Source: a virus
Lineage: Duplodnaviria; Caudoviricetes
Virus record (IMG/VR): IMGVR_UViG_3300021142_000121
Span: 1-31,414 of that record
DNA: 31,414 nucleotides
Strand: one strand, 5' to 3'
Shown here: positions 8,477 to 17,561 of the stretch, piece after piece
How the letters are laid out: each line of letters starts with the position of its first letter
Position numbering within the stretch: position 1 is the first letter of the stretch
Notes under the pieces: generated by a model
What the model saw: the letters and a program-made list of their open reading frames with translations, nothing else
What the model was told of the DNA's origin: nothing
Database searches by the model: none
Translations under genes and position numbers: made by a program

Positions 8477-10621
8477 TTAAGTTACTCTAATTTGCACTAC
8501 AGAACCATTACGGTACATACCGCCAATAGGAACTCCACCAGATGATGCCGCTGAATCATTAGCATAATTACTTAATACACTTACGTTATTAAATACAGAG
8601 CCAGAAGATACATAGTTTGAATATTGTTGCGTAGTAGCCGCTAAAGTAATTGATGCCGTAGAAGATAAAACATTATTAGCGTAAACAATATTTGTATTAG
8701 ATGATGTTAAATCTCTAATTAAAGATGATTTAGAAAATACATTACTTAAAATAGAAATATTTGATGACGGTGTTGTACCATTGGTATTTTGCCCAAAAGT
8801 AACGTCATATCCTGTAACAGATTTTGTAAAGTTTCCTTCAATCAATACATTAGATCCACCACCACCAACAGTACCAATTACACCTGGACAATAATAAAAA
8901 TTTGTTGCTGTTATTGCAATATTTCCTTTAATAGAAACATTGCTAAGGTTATTTGTTCCAGTATTAATGCAATCTGTTACATTTTGAAATGTGTTGCCAT
9001 TAATTGTTTGAATACCAGAGCCACCTTGTAATGCTAATCCACCAAAATTGCTTGATCCTGATGCACCTAATATTCTATTGCCAGAAAATATTAAACTGTT
9101 GTTGTAAACATTTGAACTAGAACTATAAGCATAAGCAGCACTTAGTGAAGAATCTGAACGTAAGAAAATGTTATTTGTAACAGTTACATCTTTTGCAGTA
9201 TTTAAAACATATATGTAACCATTATTTCCACCACTACAAATACAATTGTCAAAAATATTAGCATTAATAATACATTCACCTTGTAAATCTTCTAAGTGAA
9301 TTGCAGCATCACCAGCACATTTTTGTACGTTATTATTGGAAATAATTACATTTTTTACATTAGTAATTCCAACAAATCTTCTTTCTGTTGCTCCTGTTGG
9401 ATATCCGTTACTGCCTTCAAATACGTTATTTGTAATAGTCCACCATCCAGATGCCACAGTAGATGAATTTGCTTCTACTAAATCACCTAACATATTAAAA
9501 GCAATGTTATTATCAACAGTTACATAATTACTAGAATATCCAGCTTGTTGAATAACACCATATCCTGTACTATCAAACGTACAATTTTGAACCATTACAT
9601 TATCAACAGTCCATAACCATACACATTGAGCAACAGTTTTAAAATAACAATTTTCTATTAAAAAATTAGTTACCGCACCTGAGTAACCTATTGCTATACC
9701 ACCTGGAGTTGTTCCATCTAATCTAATATTAGAAAAAGTAACATTACTTGCGTTGACACGAATTGTATTTCCAGATACGTTATAAGGGTGTAATCGAGTA
9801 GAATAACCATCCCCATAAATATACATAGGGTTACTAATTGTTAATGTGCCAATAAAATAATAATCCCCAGATGGAAAGTAAAGTGCTTTATTTGCTGAAG
9901 CAGTAATAGCAGCTTGTATAGCAGCAGTATCATCTGTGCTACCATCTCCCACCGCACCAAAGTCTTTTACAGATACTGTCTGTTGTAATTTGGCTTGTAC
10001 ATTGGTTGTTACTGAACCTGTACCACCTTGTGTGTAAGATATGTTACTAGCATCTATTTGCCCTGCCGCAACAGGAAGATTATAGATAACTTCTACTAAA
10101 TCACCTGCATTAAGCCCTGATAAAAAGGTAATGCTTGAAGTCGTTGATTCACTATAGTTGGTACTAGAAATCTGTTTAGAGCCATTTACAAATACTGCTA
10201 AATTATTGACATTCTGAATATAATTAAATGACAATGTAAATACAGTCTGCCCTTGTGTTGCTGTAAACTCTTGTACTTGAGTTGCAGCAGTTCCTGTATT
10301 AGTTCCTGCACCATTTGCAAATAGATTTAAACTAGCAGCCGTTACACGTAACTCTACACGATCTCCCACATTCCAATACTGAGCAGAAGTTCCATCTTGT
10401 CCACGTACGACAGTTAGTACGTCTCCTGTTCTATTCGTACATTTCATAATCTCTGTAGAGCTTGTACTAGAACTAATCAAACTAATGTAGAAATAGTTGC
10501 TACCAGCAGGGCTTGGGAATAATGCACCTGAACCTGCGTACAGATTAATTGTTGTATCTGATATACCAACACCTAGTGCTAATGTAGTTGATGCGTTATT
10601 CGTAAATAATGGAATTGACAT
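8477..10621 (-). CDS. Tailspike 1: N-terminal virion anchor + docking domain + beta-helix depolymerase
   Basis: N-terminal FTNNASTTLA...EIMKCT..LTVVRGQDGT anchor, then FTATQGQTVF..VFVNG domain, SVKDFGAVGDGSTDDTAAIQAAI, and long Asn-rich beta-helix repeats. Confidence 0.85.
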   Translation of the reverse strand: MSIPLFTNNASTTLALGVGISDTTINLYAGSGALFPSPAGSNYFYISLISSSTSSTEIMKCTNRTGDVLTVVRGQDGTSAQYWNVGDRVELRVTAASLNLFANGAGTNTGTAATQVQEFTATQGQTVFTLSFNYIQNVNNLAVFVNGSKQISSTNYSESTTSSITFLSGLNAGDLVEVIYNLPVAAGQIDASNISYTQGGTGSVTTNVQAKLQQTVSVKDFGAVGDGSTDDTAAIQAAITASANKALYFPSGDYYFIGTLTISNPMYIYGDGYSTRLHPYNVSGNTIRVNASNVTFSNIRLDGTTPGGIAIGYSGAVTNFLIENCYFKTVAQCVWLWTVDNVMVQNCTFDSTGYGVIQQAGYSSNYVTVDNNIAFNMLGDLVEANSSTVASGWWTITNNVFEGSNGYPTGATERRFVGITNVKNVIISNNNVQKCAGDAAIHLEDLQGECIINANIFDNCICSGGNNGYIYVLNTAKDVTVTNNIFLRSDSSLSAAYAYSSSSNVYNNSLIFSGNRILGASGSSNFGGLALQGGSGIQTINGNTFQNVTDCINTGTNNLSNVSIKGNIAITATNFYYCPGVIGTVGGGGSNVLIEGNFTKSVTGYDVTFGQNTNGTTPSSNISILSNVFSKSSLIRDLTSSNTNIVYANNVLSSTASITLAATTQQYSNYVSSGSVFNNVSVLSNYANDSAASSGGVPIGGMYRNGSVVQIRVT

Positions 10622-10625
10622 AAAT

Positions 10626-10901
10626 CTATCCTAATGTATATGCATTGACGGAAAAACCATCAACCAAATGTGAATATGGTTCTTGAATAAGTATATCAGT
10701 TCCCTCTGGGCGACTAACAGGTACTGACATATTATCTCTAATACCTTTAACGTAATCTTGAGGATGGCGAATTTCAAAACATCTATCATCAACGTATAAA
10801 CCATCCCATCTTTTTTTTAATTGGCTAAATTTAAACTTTTTACCACATTCGTCACAAATTGCATTATAGTTTCCACTATTATAATAATCTGCTCTGCCCA
10901 T
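10626..10901 (-). CDS. Conserved small virion-module protein with Cys motif
   Basis: AICDECG...WDGLYV...CFEIRHPQD. Co-directional and tightly packed in the structural operon. Confidence 0.7.
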   Translation of the reverse strand: MGRADYYNSGNYNAICDECGKKFKFSQLKKRWDGLYVDDRCFEIRHPQDYVKGIRDNMSVPVSRPEGTDILIQEPYSHLVDGFSVNAYTLG

Positions 10902-10903
10902 AG

Positions 10904-11212
10904 TTATACACTCGTAGGGGCATAGACAGGAATATCACCAGTTGCAGTATATGTATTTCCGTTACTGGTTGTTACTGTCATAATTAAACGGTAGGTGTTT
11001 TCATCATATCCACCTACAACTCTTTGTGTTGCTTTACCCAAATTAATAACAGGACTACCATATAAAATAGCACTTGGGTTAGTATCTGTCCCTTGTTGAG
11101 TTACTGCACTACACGTTGCAGAAAGTAGTGTTTCTCCTGTATTTAATATAGGATTAAAGTCGAACGAGAAATTTTCCGATTCTGTGGTGAGCTTGTAACT
11201 AAACTGGGACAT
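10904..11212 (-). CDS. Putative fibre-tail adaptor (Ig-like beta sandwich)
   Basis: FSFDF..L..GETL.SA...VVGG...TYRL...VTTSNG pattern. Follows the repeat fibre protein. Confidence 0.55.
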   Translation of the reverse strand: MSQFSYKLTTESENFSFDFNPILNTGETLLSATCSAVTQQGTDTNPSAILYGSPVINLGKATQRVVGGYDENTYRLIMTVTTSNGNTYTATGDIPVYAPTSV

Positions 11213-11217
11213 ATTAT

Positions 11218-11961
11218 TTATCGTTGAATATTAGACTTTTTCTTGTTAGCAAATACGTTTCTGCTCTTAAACAATTTTACAGCCCTATCTCTGAAATCCA
11301 CCACAAACGTAAAGCGTTCTACAGAACCCAGTCGTGGGAATAATACTAAGATTATACTTGATATTGTAGTAGAAATAACACTAATTATCTTATTAATTTT
11401 CCTAATTAATGTAATACTGGAGGTAGATAATATAGACAGTATTTTTGCAATTGCCCTTTGAATTGTGGCAGTTGAAGTAGAAATAACAGACAATAATTTA
11501 CCAAATGTAGATGCTTTAAGTATGGAAACAGTTGCTGTAACTGTCCTTGTCAGAGTCTTCAGTTGCTCCCTAGAAATACTGATTACAGAAGTACTTAAAA
11601 CACTTAATTTCTTTCCAATACTTCTAATTAAACTAATTGCCCCAGTTACGCTAATAGAATAGGTTTGTCGTATAGATTTTATAATAAATGGGCTACCTGT
11701 TACCGCTTTAGATAATGCCACTAAATGTAATGCAATATCACTTAACACCACAATACTGTTTTCCACTACTTTAGTCATTATTTTATTAATGATCCGTTGT
11801 AATGAAACAACACTTGTAGAAACCACAGATAATACTTTTGAATAAATAAGTGCAACACTAATAGTAACTGCACTTGTAGATAATATACTTAATATTTTTT
11901 GATACAACGACCCTGAACTACCTGCGTAGGAAGCAGAAGAAAAGGGCTGTTTACCAAACAT
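11218..11961 (-). CDS. Ser/Thr/Ile-rich ~18-aa-repeat fibre-like virion protein
   Basis: MFGKQPFSSASYA N-terminus. Repeated K(I/V/L)LS(I/V)xSTS units. Confidence 0.65.
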   Translation of the reverse strand: MFGKQPFSSASYAGSSGSLYQKILSILSTSAVTISVALIYSKVLSVVSTSVVSLQRIINKIMTKVVENSIVVLSDIALHLVALSKAVTGSPFIIKSIRQTYSISVTGAISLIRSIGKKLSVLSTSVISISREQLKTLTRTVTATVSILKASTFGKLLSVISTSTATIQRAIAKILSILSTSSITLIRKINKIISVISTTISSIILVLFPRLGSVERFTFVVDFRDRAVKLFKSRNVFANKKKSNIQR

Positions 11962-12125
11962 TACGTTAAACTTTTAAGTCTGTCTAAAGTAGAAGTAACT
12001 GTTAGTATGTCCACATCAAATTGAGCTAATGTATCTATTTGCCCATTTTGTACAGACGCATCTCTAGCGTTTTGCAACACCCTTAATCTGTTTTGTAATA
12101 CTTCAATTACTTCGTCTATAGTCAT
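11961..12125 (-). CDS. Hypothetical helical protein (54 aa)
   Basis: Hand-translated MTIDEVIEVLQNRLRVLQNARDASVQNGQIDTLAQFDVDILTVTSTLDRLKSLT. Fills the gap, TAATG-coupled to the next gene. Confidence 0.7.
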   Translation of the reverse strand: MTIDEVIEVLQNRLRVLQNARDASVQNGQIDTLAQFDVDILTVTSTLDRLKSLT

Positions 12126-12129
12126 AATA

Positions 12130-12771
12130 TTAAATAGTAGTTGAGACTTCTTCCCACATCATTCCAAATGCTAGTGATGATGCAACAGAAGCAGCAGAAG
12201 TATAAAACGCTGCAAATCCACCAGGAGGAATCACTACAGAACCTTCCATATCAACTACTTTACCACCTGAAGTTGTTGTAGTAATAGCACCTGTTAAAAG
12301 TGTATCTAACAAGATTAAACGAGTAGGTGCAACTGGTAATGTAACTGATGAAGCAATTAAACCTGTACCTGCTGGCTGACCTACAAAGTTAGATAATGGT
12401 ACTAATGGTGTAGTCTGTGTAACTGCTGTTGATGCAGAATAACCTGTCATAATACCAAAAACTAATGCAGCAGTTTGAGCCACAACAGGGGTATAAGTTA
12501 CTTTAGTCAATACTAAGTTTACTGTAGAACCAATAGGATTCGTTAAACACATACCTGTGTAAGTTGTTGCAAATGCAGCAGTTGTTGTTACACCTGTTAA
12601 GTTTGCACCTGAATACATTGCCTTACGAACAGTTGTTTCATAATAACGACCATGTAGTTCGTCAATAATCAACTCTGAAGTTGGGCCAATTCTTAATGCT
12701 AAGTTGGTTGGATTTGTTCCTGCGGCTTGTGCTGCTGATCCACCGACCTGTCCGTTAATTGGTAATGCCAT
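12130..12771 (-). CDS. Putative virion structural protein
   Basis: T/A/G-rich beta protein with GGAG SD, in the structural operon. Confidence 0.6.
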   Translation of the reverse strand: MALPINGQVGGSAAQAAGTNPTNLALRIGPTSELIIDELHGRYYETTVRKAMYSGANLTGVTTTAAFATTYTGMCLTNPIGSTVNLVLTKVTYTPVVAQTAALVFGIMTGYSASTAVTQTTPLVPLSNFVGQPAGTGLIASSVTLPVAPTRLILLDTLLTGAITTTTSGGKVVDMEGSVVIPPGGFAAFYTSAASVASSLAFGMMWEEVSTTI

Positions 12772-12783
12772 AATAAAACTCCT

Positions 12784-13731
12784 TTAAATAAATGAATAGT
12801 TAACTACAAGTGATGGCGATGTAAGTGCCGTTGTGTCGCCTGAAGTAATAGCTCCTGATACTGTAAAAGCAATACCTGCTGACAAATACAAACCACCATC
12901 AGGTAAACTCACGTTGACAAAACTACCAATGCTTGATGGTATTACATACGTCTGCACAGATGCTGTTGAAGTTGTAGCTGCAGCAGCGTTCTGTAAATGC
13001 AAAAACGCAATATTTGCAGAGTTATTTTGCATATTAAGCATTGTTATACGACCAGCAGAGGCTTTAGCTTGAACTACCGCAGCAGCAGTTGCCGTAATAA
13101 TACTCTGACCGATTGTTTGGTTATTGGTTGCTGCTAATGCTAAAGGAGATACATATAATGGGTTAGTCGATGATTGAGCAGCAGCACCAATATTGACTAT
13201 TGACATACCTAATTGAGCAGTAGAAGCAGATACAGCAGTACCACCAATCGCTGCTACGTTATTACCCATAAATGGCACGTTTCTTAAAGTATAAGTAAAT
13301 GCTCCAACTGTCGTACAAGTAACTTTAATGTATCTACTTTGACATGGGAAAATGTAATTGGTATTGACTGCTGCTAAAGTGGATACCCAAGCACCACCGT
13401 TGTTGATTCCACCAATCGCAGAATAAGTAATGTTGTCGTTTGAACCTAAAACAGTACCAATAAACGCTTGAGTCGTAAATTCTATGCTGTTATAGCCTTG
13501 TGTATCAATCGTAAATGCCTGACCAATAGTAGATGCTACTAACTTAATTACCTGTGGCGAATCACTTAATATAATTCTGTTATTTACATCAACTGTTGGT
13601 TGATTAATAACTTGTGTAGATAATGCTAAATCGCCACGAACTACGTTATCTAATAACGGTATTGAATCAAAATCACCACCTGTTTGACCAACTAATGTTG
13701 CTGATTGAGGAGCATTTCCAATATATGACAT
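12784..13731 (-). CDS. Putative fibre/spike virion protein
   Basis: MSYIGNAP N-terminal anchor-type motif. Two beta-sandwich-like segments (..RYIKVTCT..; ..GLYLSAGIAFTV..). Confidence 0.6.
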   Translation of the reverse strand: MSYIGNAPQSATLVGQTGGDFDSIPLLDNVVRGDLALSTQVINQPTVDVNNRIILSDSPQVIKLVASTIGQAFTIDTQGYNSIEFTTQAFIGTVLGSNDNITYSAIGGINNGGAWVSTLAAVNTNYIFPCQSRYIKVTCTTVGAFTYTLRNVPFMGNNVAAIGGTAVSASTAQLGMSIVNIGAAAQSSTNPLYVSPLALAATNNQTIGQSIITATAAAVVQAKASAGRITMLNMQNNSANIAFLHLQNAAAATTSTASVQTYVIPSSIGSFVNVSLPDGGLYLSAGIAFTVSGAITSGDTTALTSPSLVVNYSFI

Positions 13732-14054
13732 TAGCTGACCTCCACCGCAGATACTGTTACATCAACTGCACCATTAGAAACTACTTTTAATGAGTAATTT
13801 GCAGGAATTACTATTTTTGCTGATTGCACAACATCAAGTGATGTACCAACAGGAATAATGACGTTATTAACTATATTAGTCGTTACCGTAGCACCAGAGT
13901 TAACTAAAGTTACAGAAGCAGTTACTGTTGATGTTGTTGTATTGGCTAATAATAATCCAATCAATGTGGATTGAACTCCAGACGTAACAGGGTTATAAAC
14001 TGTTGTTAATGTCGTAACTGATGCTGTTTGAGTCGATGTATAGTTTATAGCCAT
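13731..14054 (-). CDS. Small virion collar/fibre-docking protein
   Basis: Start placed at ATG 14054 (MAINYT). IGLLLANTT..IPVGTSL..KIV..VDVTVSAVE pattern. Confidence 0.6.
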   Translation of the reverse strand: MAINYTSTQTASVTTLTTVYNPVTSGVQSTLIGLLLANTTTSTVTASVTLVNSGATVTTNIVNNVIIPVGTSLDVVQSAKIVIPANYSLKVVSNGAVDVTVSAVEVS

Positions 14055-14055
14055 A

Positions 14056-14814
14056 TCACGCAATCATAGAAAGAGCTAATGCTATTTTAGCACTAGAAGT
14101 TGCAGAACCTGATGTTCCAAATGGTATATTAAGGTCATTTCCTGTAAATGTAAATGCTGAAGATGCTCCTAATGCACCACCGTTATTATACTGTACTTGG
14201 GTGTTTGATCCTGCCACAGAACCTGTTGCAACAGTATTATAAGCAATAAATTCAACAATAGCACCTGCCGATGCACCTGTGGCTAATACAACTGTAGTTC
14301 CATTGGATGCTGTATAATCAGCACTATTAAGCAATACGCCATTGTAATAAACTTCAATATATCCTACCGTATAAGTTACGGTAAAAGTAGTCTGTGATGC
14401 CGTTGCTGTTACAGAAGTTCTTGAATAACTACCATAGACTGTACCCCAACTAGGTACTGTGCCTGTTCCGTTGGATGTTAAAACTTGTCCTGCTGTGCCT
14501 GGATTATTACTTGAATATACCGCTATGCCAGCAGGATAATCACAAAATACAGTAACTGTGCCACTAAATGTTACTGCTGATCCTGAATTGCTTGAGGATA
14601 GAATTGTTGTTCTTGTAAGGGTTGTAGAGTTGGTTAATGTACCAATACCTACTTCCCAATTAGTTCCGTCATTCGCAGAGTAATAGGTTGTATTACCTAC
14701 TGTAATGGCAGGTGAAAATGATTGATAACCTGCTGTAGTAGCAGATAAGGTAAAGCTAACTGTTGTGTTAGCCGTACCTGTTTGTTGTATTCTATCCGCT
14801 ACTTGATGAGCCAT
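14056..14814 (-). CDS. Virion fibre/collar protein with docking domain
   Basis: VADRIQQT..WEVGIGT..LTRTTILSSSN..VFCDYPA N-domain plus TATASQTTF..VYYNGVLL..DYTASNG domain. Confidence 0.65.
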   Translation of the reverse strand: MAHQVADRIQQTGTANTTVSFTLSATTAGYQSFSPAITVGNTTYYSANDGTNWEVGIGTLTNSTTLTRTTILSSSNSGSAVTFSGTVTVFCDYPAGIAVYSSNNPGTAGQVLTSNGTGTVPSWGTVYGSYSRTSVTATASQTTFTVTYTVGYIEVYYNGVLLNSADYTASNGTTVVLATGASAGAIVEFIAYNTVATGSVAGSNTQVQYNNGGALGASSAFTFTGNDLNIPFGTSGSATSSAKIALALSMIA

Positions 14815-14816
14815 AA

Positions 14817-15182
14817 TTAACTAAATTGTACTTTAAAAGTAAATTGGATACTATCGCCTGTGTTTAATGCTATACCTGTAAAGTCACCTTTTACAAATAA
14901 ATTACCTGAAGTTGATGCGTCAAACAATCCTGCGTTAGTAAATGTTGCACCACTTGCCTCAGTTAATGTTCCTACTACTTGAAATGTATCGTTTGTAGTA
15001 GATGTTGTTACTTGTGATACTGTTCCTGATGTACGTGGTAATACTTCAGTAAATAATGTCGTATCTGTTGCACCAGTTGTACCAGCACCAGTCCCCCAAC
15101 CTACATATTGAGGAATTGTTCCCCCACTATTAAGACGGTTTGTGATGATAGCACGACCAGTATTCACCAATAGAGTGGCCAT
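14817..15182 (-). CDS. Virion structural protein (fibre base-like)
   Basis: LLVNTGRAII..WGTGAG...DTTLFTE..R..AGLFDA.TSGNLF..GDSIQFTF. AGGA SD. Confidence 0.7.
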   Translation of the reverse strand: MATLLVNTGRAIITNRLNSGGTIPQYVGWGTGAGTTGATDTTLFTEVLPRTSGTVSQVTTSTTNDTFQVVGTLTEASGATFTNAGLFDASTSGNLFVKGDFTGIALNTGDSIQFTFKVQFS

Positions 15183-15183
15183 G

Positions 15184-15342
15184 TTATTTCCTTTCTAGGA
15201 AGCGTTTAATCTTCCATATAATGCGTTTAATTGGATTCTTATGCCAATAGTCAATTACGCCTAATTCCTCTACAGTTCCGTCTGCACGAGTAATCGTTGC
15301 TACTAACTGTATTTCTTTGGCGTTGGATTCGGCTATGTGCAT
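15184..15342 (-). CDS. Small protein (52 aa)
   Basis: Hand-translated MHIAESNAKEIQLVATITRADGTVEELGVIDYWHKNPIKRIIWKIKRFLERK. Exactly fills the gap. Confidence 0.7.
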   Translation of the reverse strand: MHIAESNAKEIQLVATITRADGTVEELGVIDYWHKNPIKRIIWKIKRFLERK

Positions 15343-15343
15343 A

Positions 15344-15757
15344 TTAAGAATGGTATTTAACTAATTCTAAAATGATTGTGTAAGATGTATTAGTGGTTGT
15401 TGATGCACCACCAATTGTTGTAGTAGTAATGAGTCCTGTGGGGGTTGTTGCGTTATTAACGATACCGCCAAATGGTCTAGCCTTAATCTCACCACGACCT
15501 GTTAATTTCCATAAAGATGCTGGAGTAGCACCTGCCCAATTTAAGTCAACTTGAATACCGTCTTGAATGTCAAAGTTAATACGATTAACACGAACTCTGT
15601 CAGGAATAGTACCTTGACCATCCATTTGACTTAATGTAGATGGGTCAATAATTGTTACACCACTTAAATCAGCAGCGTTTAAATAACCGTCTACTTTGAT
15701 AGTTGTATTCTTATAACCATCATTTAATATCTGTACTGTTGGATTTGGGGAAGCCAT
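15344..15757 (-). CDS. Putative virion structural protein
   Basis: 137-aa beta-rich ORF in the structural operon after the capsid gene. Confidence 0.6.
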   Translation of the reverse strand: MASPNPTVQILNDGYKNTTIKVDGYLNAADLSGVTIIDPSTLSQMDGQGTIPDRVRVNRINFDIQDGIQVDLNWAGATPASLWKLTGRGEIKARPFGGIVNNATTPTGLITTTTIGGASTTTNTSYTIILELVKYHS

Positions 15758-15759
15758 GA

Positions 15760-15915
15760 TTAATAATTCCCTTTAGGTTGTTTTAGTTTAGTATCCTGTT
15801 TCTTAGGAGTAACTTTACCCTTACGTGCTTCTTTTGGAACACCAATAGGAGCCTTAAGACCCATTCCAATGTCGTGACCTTCACGCAATTTTTTATTAGC
15901 ACCTGCTGCCATCAT
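15760..15915 (-). CDS. Small Lys-rich basic protein (51 aa)
   Basis: Start moved to ATG 15915, which has an AAAGGA SD and lies downstream of the capsid terminator. MMAAGANKKLREG...KKQDTKLKQPKGNY. Confidence 0.65.
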   Translation of the reverse strand: MMAAGANKKLREGHDIGMGLKAPIGVPKEARKGKVTPKKQDTKLKQPKGNY

Positions 15916-15937
15916 AATTCCTTTCAATATATTAGAG

Positions 15938-15972
15938 AAAAAACCCCCTAGATATTTTTGGTAACTAGGGGG
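15938..15972 (-). terminator. Rho-independent terminator after major capsid gene
   Basis: Minus strand CCCCCTAG-N13-CTAGGGGG followed by TTTTTT, ~25 nt after the capsid stop. Confidence 0.8.
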
Positions 15973-15995
15973 AATACTTCTCACGTCAGAGTTTA

Positions 15996-16925
15996 TTAGG
16001 CTCCTGGAGTTCCCCACAATGCACGTGGATCGCCCCACCCGAAAGCATAACGCTCGTAGGATTTAGCTTTTGCGTTCATTGTATCGAAGTCATTATCCAT
16101 ATCAAAAGTGATTGCTTCACGCTCTTGATGAATCATACCAGTACCAGCAGGCATCATTGTACGGATAAACCATGCAGTTGTTGATGTGAGGTAATGGTTC
16201 ATCTTGATACCATCAGGCAATGCGTTTGTAGCATGGAGTACGTTTACAGCGTTTGTACCTGCTGTGTTTGCTTGATATTGGTAAACAGACTTCATAATAC
16301 GATTTGCTTCAAACCAGTTGCTTGGGTGAACAACTAAACTACGTGGCATTAAGTTGATACGTAAACCACGATCATTTTGTGCCAACATAATCTGAATAAT
16401 CAAGTTTTCAATCGCAACTTCAGACAATGCAGCAGCTACTGTCAATAAGTTAGAGAATGTACCACCTGATGTATTAGGGTGTGATGCGTTTAACAAAGAT
16501 ACGTTATCGCCACCTTTATATGAAGAACTGAAAGAATTGTTATATACGTTTGCAGCTACGTTCTCTTTGGTTTGACGCATAGAGAAAGCATTTGCAGCAG
16601 CACGTCTCTTAGAAACAACTTCATAAAGGTTGTCTTGGAGTTCTTCGTGAGTAACGATGTATCCAATACCGTATGCTACGTTAGTTAAACGTGTTACAAA
16701 ACCTTGAACTTCTGAGTCATACGAAACGCCTTGACCTTGAGATTTCTGTGGTGCTAAACCAAAACCTGTAGTCTGTACATACTCTTCATAGTTCTTGTCT
16801 GAAGTAGTTGTGTCAAATAAATCTGTGTACTCAACAGGATGCTCACTGTATGAGCGACCCCACCAAGCCTTAACACCAGGCCATAGAGCCTTTGGATGTG
16901 AACCAGTTGTAATAATACCAGCCAT
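15996..16925 (-). CDS. Major capsid protein (HK97 fold)
   Basis: ALWPGV, TTGFGLAP, A..FSMRQTKE..AANV.NN.F, GGD.VSL...HP, ERYAFGWGDPRALWG. Strong AGGAG SD, followed by terminator. Confidence 0.9.
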   Translation of the reverse strand: MAGIITTGSHPKALWPGVKAWWGRSYSEHPVEYTDLFDTTTSDKNYEEYVQTTGFGLAPQKSQGQGVSYDSEVQGFVTRLTNVAYGIGYIVTHEELQDNLYEVVSKRRAAANAFSMRQTKENVAANVYNNSFSSSYKGGDNVSLLNASHPNTSGGTFSNLLTVAAALSEVAIENLIIQIMLAQNDRGLRINLMPRSLVVHPSNWFEANRIMKSVYQYQANTAGTNAVNVLHATNALPDGIKMNHYLTSTTAWFIRTMMPAGTGMIHQEREAITFDMDNDFDTMNAKAKSYERYAFGWGDPRALWGTPGA

Positions 16926-16940
16926 TTTTTATTCTCCTAA

Positions 16941-17537
16941 TTAAATACCAGCAGACGGTCTGTTAAACTCGTGCTGATTGAACAAGACCATGAAACGAGT
17001 GTAAGCACCAATAGTAGTACCTGGTATTTGCTCGAATCCAACAATCTTCAATGGTGCTGTAGAAGAAGTAGTTGTGCCTGTTAAAACTGATGCAGATAAC
17101 TGATTTGAATAAGAAGGTGTTGCAACTGTGTAAGTTGCATTCTTATTAGCATCAGCCGATGTAAATGTAGTTGAGTCACCTTGAACTACATACATTTGGT
17201 CTGGGTCATCATTAACCATTACATAGTAGTCATTTGCTTTAGTAGCAGGTACTGATGTAATTGTAAGGTCGATGTTTGTTCCAACGAGTGTTGGGCTATT
17301 TGGGTTAGCTTGTAAAACACCCATAATAACGCCACGTGGAGTGTCGCCAGATGCGCATTTTGCAATCTTTGGAGTACCGTTAGCATCAGAACCAGTTTGT
17401 GTTTTAATTACATCACCAATGTAATACGCAGAGGTATCAGCAGATGGAATCCAGTAAACACGCATTTGTTGGTTGTTGGTGCCACTTGTACCATAAATAA
17501 TCGGACTAAATCCGAATGGTGCATTTGTGTTTGCCAT
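16941..17537 (-). CDS. Capsid decoration/cement-like protein
   Basis: MANTNAPFGFSP...YIGDV...VNDDPD..VVQGD. Directly upstream of the capsid gene. Confidence 0.65.
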   Translation of the reverse strand: MANTNAPFGFSPIIYGTSGTNNQQMRVYWIPSADTSAYYIGDVIKTQTGSDANGTPKIAKCASGDTPRGVIMGVLQANPNSPTLVGTNIDLTITSVPATKANDYYVMVNDDPDQMYVVQGDSTTFTSADANKNATYTVATPSYSNQLSASVLTGTTTSSTAPLKIVGFEQIPGTTIGAYTRFMVLFNQHEFNRPSAGI

Positions 17538-17561
17538 TATAAATCCTTATAAAATTAAAAT

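Noticed and set aside
6895-9973. Tailspike shared segment as a DGR template/variable repeat or recent duplication
   Set aside because: Differences are mostly synonymous rather than adenine-specific, and no reverse transcriptase is in the window.
15760-16038. Open -1 frame overlapping the capsid 3' end (possible T7 gp10B-like frameshift extension)
   Set aside because: No X-XXY-YYZ slippery heptamer in the ~20-codon overlap. The frame crosses a terminator, and the downstream part has its own SD and ATG at 15915.
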